Below, piece after piece: positions 49,585-58,300 of a stretch of DNA of 64,000 bases. Location: positions 256,001 to 320,000 of the forward strand of contig CAWFQL010000012.1 in assembly GCA_963817915.1 (NCBI GenBank). The letters run 5' to 3'. Every line of letters starts with the position of its first letter. Within the stretch, counting starts at the first letter, position 1. The notes beneath the pieces are model-generated. The model saw nothing but the letters and a program-made list of their open reading frames with translations, made no database searches and was not told where the DNA came from. Both the position numbers and the translations under genes were made by a program. The DNA is from an uncultured candidate division Zixibacteria bacterium (GTDB lineage Bacteria; Zixibacteria; MSB-5A5; UBA10806).

Positions 49585-52582
49585 ATGCGCTGGCAAAAAA
49601 CTCTTATAATTCTAATCGTGAACATATATCCATTGATGTCTCGTGCTGAGGTTGCACAAGTGTCATGGGCCGGGGCATATGTTCTCACAATGTCGAAGAC
49701 AACGCCGGTTATCGATGCAAGGTTGAGCGTGAGCTTGGCGACCAAGACTGACGATGATGTTACGCCTGTCTGGGTCTTTTTTACTGACAAGGGAATTGCT
49801 GATAAGGCGGAATATGCCGACGCCATTAGCGCCTTGGAATCGAAAATGACCTTCGCGGCGTACGAATCGTCGACTGAAAACTCGAGGCAAAAACGATATT
49901 TCCGATTTCAGAGATTTGCCTGTGGATATAAATTACGTTAATCGAGTACTCGGTACGGGAGCTCATTATCGGCAAAATCTTAGATGGTTCAATGCGGTGA
50001 CAGTTGACGCAACACCTGAGCAGATAAGAAAAATCGCGAATTTTCCATTTATCAGGTATATAAGATTGGTAGCCAGCTGTAGGATTGATCATGATGTTGA
50101 TTTGTCGCCAATCTCAGAAAATTCAGAGCTTGTTACTCTGGATTATGGGCCGTCCGCAATTCAGCTAAATCAGATTAACGTCATCCCTGCTCATGAGCTT
50201 GGATTTAAGGGGCAGGGAGTTATTATTTGTATGATGGATGTTGGCTATAAGCAGGGCCATGACGCGTTCCAAAATATCATTAATTCCGGCAGGCTCCTGG
50301 CACAGTATGATTTTATTAATCACGATTACAATACCGATTATGATTCCAATCAAGATGTTCCCGGCCAGGCGGACCATGGGACGCTTACATGGTCAACTTT
50401 GGGGGGAGAAGCATCCGGAAATCTTTATGGGCCGAGCTATATGGCTAGCTTCATCCTGGCGAAAACAGAGGATATATCATCCGAGCATCATATTGAAGAA
50501 GATAATTGGGCAGCCGGGGCTGAGTGGGCAGATTCGATAGGAGCCTCGGTCATATCATCGTCGCTTGGTTATCGCTATTTCGATTCAGGGCAGGGCGATT
50601 ATCAATATAGCGAATTGAACGGCCACACTACTATCGTGGCGATTGCCGCATCCTTAGCGGCCTATAATGGAATTGCAGTCTGCAATGCGATGGGGAATGA
50701 AGGTAATACTCCGGGGTCGTTGATCTCTCCAGCAGACGCCGACTCCATTCTATCTTGCGGGGCGGTTGCTTCCGACCGAACGCTGGCATATTTTTCATCA
50801 TGGGGACCGACCTACGATGGCAGAATCAAGCCCGAAGTTTGCGCCCAGGGTGTGTCGACTGTTTGCGCCGATCCTTACAATTATCACGGATACACAACCG
50901 CCTCAGGAACATCGTTATCTACTCCATTGGTCGGAGGCTCATCGGGAGTGTTGTTATCAGCGCATCCCAATTGGACTCCCTTGATGGTCAGAGAAGCATT
51001 GATGATGACAGCCGACCGGTATGATTCGTCCGGAAATGATTACGGATGGGGCATCATGGATGTATCCAGGGCGTTGTATTATAATCCTCAGGGTGACATA
51101 ATTTTTGATTATCGGCCGACTATTTTTATTGGAATAAATCAACCGTTAACCGTCAATGCCTCTATCACTGGCGGGGCGGGAATTGCCAATGCTTATCTTT
51201 ATTATCGGATAGGAGAAAGCGGCGGCTATAATGAGATTCTGATGACGACATCGGATAATATACATTATTCGGCACAGATACCGGGACAGCCGGGCGGGAC
51301 AATCTATTACTATATTAAGGCGGTTGACGCTAACGGCAAGTATGCATTCAATCCTCTTGGCGGGCAAGCCCATCCATTTACCATAATTCCGGGCGCGCTT
51401 TCATTCATCGATTCATTTGAGAATGGCCTTCAATATTGGAAATCGGGAGGCGCGAACAATTTTTGGGGTTTGACTGCGGCCTATGTTCAATCAGGCAATC
51501 TTAGCATTACCGATTCCCCTACAACCGATTATCGAGATAATACAAATAGCTGGATGCAGTCTCAATTCGGACTTGACTTGACTGGCGTATCATCTGCGAC
51601 TCTTTCGTTTTACTGGCGCGGAATTTTGCAGTCGGGCCACGACACGGTATTTGTCGAGGCCTCTACTAACGGTGGGACAACCTGGAATCGGTTTTCTCAA
51701 TCCCTCACGGGCAGCATGACGAGTTTCACGCAGTATTCTGCCAACCTGAATTCCTATTTCGGCCAGCCTGACGTTCGTCTCAGGTTCCATTTTGTGAGCG
51801 ACGCAGCCACTCGCCGCGAAGGAATTTATATCGATGATATACAGATTACTGAATCAAGGCCTGCTAATATCGCTTATCGGCCATCATCGGTAAGCGATAC
51901 GCTCAGTGAAGGGCAAAACCATAATACGAATATCATAATAAGTAATACCGGGGGAGCCAATCTTATCGTAAACCTGAGCGCTACTGAATTTGGCATGGTT
52001 GCCGGGGCCAAAATTCAAGGTGATACGCCCAGAATTCTAAACACATGGCTGTTTGTTACCCCAGCGGCTGATACTATAGCGAGCGGCGATAGCCTGATTG
52101 CACAAGTAACATTGAACGCCAGCGCGATAGCCCATGGAAATTACTCCGGGCAAGTCCGTTTAGCCTCGAACGATCCCGATTCGGGCCTGATAATCATTCC
52201 CGTAGCTTTGAATGTGGTGGGGACATGTCAATATGTTACCGGCGACGCCAACGGAAATGGCAATTTTAATGGTCTTGACGTTACCTATAGCGTCAATTAC
52301 TTCAAAGGCGGTGCTTCACCAACCTACTCTTGCGAATGCACTCCGGGCCATACTTGGTTTGTCTCCGGCGATGTCAACAACAGCTGCAGCTTCAACGGTC
52401 TTGACGTAACCTACATGGTAAATTACTTCAAGGGCGGAGCAGGCCCGATACCGTGCGTGGATTGTCCTCCGGCGGGACTTGCGCCACCGGCGCAGATTGC
52501 GCCCCCAATTTCTGCGGTTGAGCCAATCATTACGCCGACTCTTAGACCAGACAGGAAAGAAAAAGCGATCAATGTGGAATAA
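49585..52582 (+). CDS. Secreted S8 subtilase + accessory beta domains + dockerin-like domain; apparent +1 frameshift ~49860
   Basis: Triad MMDVG, DHGT, GTSLSTP; AMGNEG; propeptide VWVFFTDK in ORF 49546. Confidence 0.88.
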
Positions 52583-52613
52583 TTTAGGGGCATTGAACTA
52601 ATTTAAAGTAATA

Positions 52614-52638
52614 GGGGCGGCTGAAAAGCCGCCCTTTA
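52614..52638 (+). terminator. Intrinsic terminator
   Basis: GGGCGGCT-gaaa-AGCCGCCC-TTT. Confidence 0.8.
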
Positions 52639-52656
52639 TATTTGCCTCAATTCCCG

Positions 52657-52751
52657 TAGCCATTATGTAGCACGGCCTATAACGTCTTGAAAGACAAGGG
52701 CATTCCTGGCTTCAAATCCCAGTCTCTCCGACACTATTTTTCGGCACTTAG
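52657..52751 (+). mobile_element. att-like junction: tRNA-Ser 3' duplicate (52703-52730) with upstream paired direct repeats
   Basis: 27/28 identical to 22332-22359; TAGCCAT (52657) and TAGCACG (52668), 11 bp apart as at 43946/43957. Confidence 0.75.
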
Positions 52752-52979
52752 GTCATTACGAATCATTCATACTCGGGCAGGAAAGTCAATGCCGGCAGAC
52801 ACGCTGGACTCAAAATCCAGGGCTTCTGAGCCCCAAATCGGTTCTATCGCTGAATATCGCATATTTTATTTTTCAAATTTATATTTTAGTATTTGATTTG
52901 GAAGGCGAAAATACCTATAATATAATGTCTTTTGTAGTGGCTTCTTTGTAAAGCGTGTGTTGATCTGCGATCGGGTGGA

Positions 52980-55349
52980 ATGGCGCTAATTCGAAGAGTA
53001 GTTGTATTAATAGCAATTATATGCGGTGCGGCGTATAGCGATACGCTGCCATCTAAATATCATACATTTGCCGGAGCAGTATCCGAGCTCCAGGCACTTG
53101 TTGCGGCAAACCCTTCCATATGTAAATTAGATTCTATTGGTTATTCTCATCGCGATTCGCTTCCATTTTATCAATTCAAGATCTCAGACAATGTCGTGAC
53201 CGATGAGGACGAACCCGCGATCTTCTTCAATGGCGGCGTGCACGCCGACGAGGTACTGGGCGTCGAAGTCGTTCTCAATTTCTGCCATGATATCATTGCA
53301 AAATATAATTCAGGAGATACTGCCATACAGAGGTACATTAATAGCTATGAGATTTTCGTCTTCCCATTCCTGAATCCCGAAGGACATGTGGCGGTTGAAG
53401 ATGGCGATCTCGACTGGCGCAAAAATAAGGCGGATAATAATAATAATGGCCTATTCGATTTTCACGATGGAGTCGACTGCAATCGGAATTTTGATTTTGG
53501 CTGGAATATCGATGATGGGCTGGCGGCGACCACGCCTGAAAGCCTGATGTATAAAGGGCCATTTCCATTCTCCGAGCCTGAATGCGTGGCGGTGCGCGAC
53601 GCTGGAATGAAATATAAACCGATTATCGCGGTTGATTACCATGCGCCAACTTACGGTCTGGGAGAAGTCGCTTATTATTGCTGGTACTGGTACGCGACCG
53701 AGGGCGGCCATGGATTCGCACCCGATGAGGTATCGATGTACCATATTGGTGTCGGATTTGCGGCTTCGATTGTCAACGATAGAGGGGACTCTACATATCA
53801 GGCTCGTCGCGCCTTGGTGAATAAAGGGGATTATAAAACATTTTTTTATGGCAATTTCGGCACGGCGGCCATGGTTTGCGAAATCTCGGATACCACTATT
53901 CAAGATACATCGATGGTTGATTCCATATGCCGACGACATTTGCCAGGAATGTACTATCTGCTCGGCCGCGCCGGATACGCAAGACTAACCGGGGTTGTCA
54001 CGGATTCATTAACGGGCCAGCCACTGGATGCTACAGTAGAGGTGCTTGAAGCCACAAGCCTTGATATAAATCCTCGTCATACGAAGCCCAATACAGGGAG
54101 ATATGACAGATTGATCGATCCCGGCACATATACATTGCGGTTCCAGAAGACCGGCTATACTACAAAAACCGTTAACATGGTCACCGTAAATAATTCTGGA
54201 CCGACAGTCAGGAATGTACAATTGGCTTCGCAATCTATCCCGCCTCAGGCTCCAGTCCTGGTATCGCCGGCAAATGGTACATCATTCGTAGATTCGGTGG
54301 CATTGAATTTCGATTGGAATGATGTTCCCACCGCGACGAGATACATAATTGAAATCGCCAGAGATTCCAGTTTTGCGGATATATTTCAATTCGATTCATT
54401 ATTGACCGCGTCTAATTATAGAAATACGATATCATTTACGCCGTCACGATATTATTGGAGAGTGACTGCCCATAATATTTTTGGTTACTCGCCCTGCAGT
54501 ACAAAATCGTGGTTCGATATTCTTGAAGGTTCACCTCCGGCAGTACCGATATTGCTTTTGCCTTTGAATGGTTCTACTCCGGGAACGCCTCGTCCCCTTT
54601 GCGATTGGAATAACTCAGCCGGAGCAACCGGATATATATTTGAAATCGATACTGATAGCCTGTTCGATCCGCCAGTCGAAGTCGATTCCAATATTATTCC
54701 TTCGCAATATCAGATTGTCGATTCGTTGATGAATGACAGATATTTTTGGCGCGTGACAGCATTCAACGGGCATGGTTTTTCTGCGCGGAGCGCAATATGG
54801 CATTTCGATATTAATATTGGCGATTTACCCGCGATTCCTTCGTTGATTTTACCCGCCGTCGGATTTATTTCCGATAGTGCTTATGTAAATTTTGATTGGT
54901 CGGATATTTCCGGAGCAATCAGATACGCGATACAGATTGATAATGATAGCCTGTTTAATTCTCCAGCAATATCAGATACGAGTATAATTTCTTCTAATTA
55001 TAGGAATATCGATTCGCTAACTAATTCGAACTATTACTGGCATGTGAAGGCAAGGAATGACATTGGATGGTCTGCCTATTCGCCTTCACGGTCTTTTAAT
55101 GTTCAAGTAGATACCGCAATTTTTTATCTCGTTGGAGACGTCAATCATTCAGGCGCGGTAAACGGTCTGGATGTTACCTACCTTGTAAACTTCTTCAAAG
55201 GAGGAACTCCTCCACCTCTTAACATTGATGGTTTATATGTCGAGGCAGACGCTAACGGCAGCTGTACCGTCAATGGCTTAGATGTGACATACCTCGTAAA
55301 TTATTTTAAGGGTGGCCCTTCCCTCATCGATGGGCATTGCATTCATTAA
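52980..55349 (+). CDS. Secreted M14 zinc carboxypeptidase + CarboxypepD_reg + three Fn3-like domains + dockerin-like domain
   Basis: GVHADE, NPEG, RKN, DCNRNF, DYH; Y(Y/F)W(R/H)V repeats. Confidence 0.9.
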   Translation: MALIRRVVVLIAIICGAAYSDTLPSKYHTFAGAVSELQALVAANPSICKLDSIGYSHRDSLPFYQFKISDNVVTDEDEPAIFFNGGVHADEVLGVEVVLNFCHDIIAKYNSGDTAIQRYINSYEIFVFPFLNPEGHVAVEDGDLDWRKNKADNNNNGLFDFHDGVDCNRNFDFGWNIDDGLAATTPESLMYKGPFPFSEPECVAVRDAGMKYKPIIAVDYHAPTYGLGEVAYYCWYWYATEGGHGFAPDEVSMYHIGVGFAASIVNDRGDSTYQARRALVNKGDYKTFFYGNFGTAAMVCEISDTTIQDTSMVDSICRRHLPGMYYLLGRAGYARLTGVVTDSLTGQPLDATVEVLEATSLDINPRHTKPNTGRYDRLIDPGTYTLRFQKTGYTTKTVNMVTVNNSGPTVRNVQLASQSIPPQAPVLVSPANGTSFVDSVALNFDWNDVPTATRYIIEIARDSSFADIFQFDSLLTASNYRNTISFTPSRYYWRVTAHNIFGYSPCSTKSWFDILEGSPPAVPILLLPLNGSTPGTPRPLCDWNNSAGATGYIFEIDTDSLFDPPVEVDSNIIPSQYQIVDSLMNDRYFWRVTAFNGHGFSARSAIWHFDINIGDLPAIPSLILPAVGFISDSAYVNFDWSDISGAIRYAIQIDNDSLFNSPAISDTSIISSNYRNIDSLTNSNYYWHVKARNDIGWSAYSPSRSFNVQVDTAIFYLVGDVNHSGAVNGLDVTYLVNFFKGGTPPPLNIDGLYVEADANGSCTVNGLDVTYLVNYFKGGPSLIDGHCIH

Positions 55350-55371
55350 TTAACCCCCCCCAGGAGGTCCG

Positions 55372-58300
55372 ATGCGAATTGCGATCAGAGTTGTATTGAT
55401 GATTCTGGCGCTATTCATGATCGCTCAATCCTCATCGAACAGGGTTGTGCTCAATCAGGCCAATATCGATGTTGCGCCTATGATTATGAATAGTTCTTCC
55501 CAGGCACAAACCAGCCTAAGTTTTAGAATTGCTGGAATTGAAGAAGAGCCGACGGCGGTCGCCGGCATGACCTACCAAAATATTACTGCGATTACACCCA
55601 ATCCGATGAAGTTCGGTGTTACCGGAGAGGAAGGTCTTCCCGAATTGCCCGTATTCGCCCATTTGATTGGGATTCCGGATCAATCAGGCGTTAGAATCGA
55701 AATTTTATCTTCATCATACGAGATCATCGAGAATGTCGATGTCATGCCATCACAGCCATCGCCGGTCGAAGGATCACCAGAGATCCCGCCATTCACCAAG
55801 GATGACGCTTTTTATCAAAAGAATGAATTTTACCCATCGGAAGTGGCGCAATTGGGCGAGCCCATAATATGCCGCGATCTAAGAATGATACAGGTAGAAA
55901 TAAATCCTGTTCAATACAATCCGGTGACAAAACAATTAAAGGTATATACGAGTATTGATTATAATCTCGTCTATGAAGGAACTGATTCAAGGAATATCAA
56001 GATACGACGAAATAACAATATCTCCGAGACGTTTCTGCCATTATATAGATCGCTTATACCCAATGCCGATGAAATGCTGGCAGATTACAATCCAATCAGG
56101 GGCGGATATTTGATTCTTACCCCGGATGCATTCGCAGACACAATCCAGCAACTAGCCCGCTGGAAGCATCTCAAGGGATATTCCGTGGTCGTCACCAGAG
56201 CAACGGAATTGGCGCCATCGGGCACGCCATCATCAAGCCAGATTTTCACTTATATACAGAACGCCTACCAAACTTGGGCAGTCCCGCCCGAATTTGTTTG
56301 TATTGTAGGAGATGAGAGCGGATTAACAACTTATTTTCAGGATTCTCCATATGGTGGCGGTTACGCGTCCGATCAAGACTACTCCTGCGTAGACGGTTCC
56401 GATTATTTATCGGATGTTATGGTAACAAGAATGTCTGTTCCAAATTCAATTGCGACTCTTCGGGTAGCAATGTGGAAAGCTATTAAATATGATAGCGATC
56501 CGTTTATGGGAGATCCCGGTTTCTATGCCAGGGGACTGTCAGTCGGCGGCAATGTCGGCGGCGCGATAACTCCGAGGCTAACAACTTTATGGGTTCGCGA
56601 GCAACTTCTACGTCACGGTTATTCTCAAGTAGATACGGCGTTTTGCACAAGTTCGAGCTGGAGCTGCAATGCTGACCCGCAAATACCATTATCGTTCAAT
56701 AATGGCGTTGGTATCACGAATGTAAGAGGCGCTGGAAGCGCGAGCGGCTGGTGGGCTCCGCCTTTTAATACTGGTAATATAGACCAACTAACGGCGAATA
56801 ACAAGATGGGTGTGCTTGCCGTCTTAACATGCGGGACGGGGCAATTCGGCGAGCCTGATTGTTTTGGCGAGCACTGGATTCGCGCTGGAATTTTACCAAA
56901 TGCGTTGAAAGGAGGCCCGGCATATTATGGAGTTTCCGATGGAAGCACTCATACAAAGTGGAATAACCCCATAATGATCGGGTTCAATTGGGCTTATCTA
57001 GAAGAGGGCATATACAATTTCGCGAGCGCTGCCTTCAGGGGAAAATTAGAGGATTATAATACCTATCCCAGATTCGTAGGACCCGGAAGCTGGGTTGAAC
57101 ATTACTTCCATACATATAATACGCTCGGGGAACCTGAACTCGAAATTAGAACCGCTGCCCCCGTGGCAATGACGGCGACATATACTACTACAATCCCGGT
57201 TGGCTCCAGTATGTTAGCAGTTCATGTTACGGACGCAAGCAGGCCTCTTGTCGGTGCCTATGTTTGCCTTCAAAAGGATGCTGCCGCTCCAGACGGCGAA
57301 GTATTTGTGGGAGGCAGGACAGACAGCAACGGCGACATTACTTTTAATTTCAATACTACTGTCGCCGGCACTATGAATGTCACAATAACATCTCATAACT
57401 ATATTCCCCACAGAGGCACTGTAGCAGTGCAGGCACAGGCGGTTGCCGTCAATATCAATAGCATAGCGCTGGATGACGACAACAGCGGCAATTCATCTGG
57501 CAACAGCGATGGCAATGTTAATCCATCGGAGACCGTGGAGTTCGCAGTTGCCTTAAGGAATTTCGGCAACTCAATTACGGCCACCAATGTCAACGCAACA
57601 TTGACGACGCCAAATTCTGATATCACGATAACGGTTCCGACTCAATCCTACGGCAGTATCGCCCCGGGAGGAATTGCGAATTCCAATAAATTCGCGGCGC
57701 ATTTCGCCAATAATCTCCCCCAGGGTGAGCATTACATACTGCAATTGAATATCACATCCGACCAGGGATCCTGGACGGCCGCGGTACCTGTCGATATCAA
57801 ATCCATGCTGTTTTCATTGCAGGGAATGACATTCCCCAATGATCCCAATAGCAGACTCGACCCCGGCGATTCCTCCCAATTCGTAGTCACATTGCAGAAT
57901 ATCGGTGAGCTTGGCGGAACATCACTGGTCGGTAACCTGACTTGTCCCGACACGGGAGTTGCCATAGTCAGCGGCACCGGCAGCTTTGGGAATATTCCGA
58001 TTGGAGGCTCGGGATCCAATTCAGGCACACCGTTCATAGTTCAAATATCCCCGGAAATGTACCAGGGACATAATCTGAATTTTAACCTGATGATTACATC
58101 CAGCAACGGAAGTGTTACCAACAAGGTGATATCGGTCGTCGCAGGAAATATTGTTTCTACCGATCCCATGGGGCCGGACAACTATGGATATTATATTTAT
58201 GATAATACCGACGCCGCCTTCATGCCATCCCCAATATATAATTGGGTAGAGGTTAGTCCCTATGCCGGAGGTTCCGGAACCAGGGTTGTATTCCCTGGAA

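Noticed and set aside
44003..52730. Additional functional tRNA-Ser genes at 44.0 and 52.7 kb
   Set aside because: Only the T arm and 3' acceptor strand are present; no D or anticodon arm
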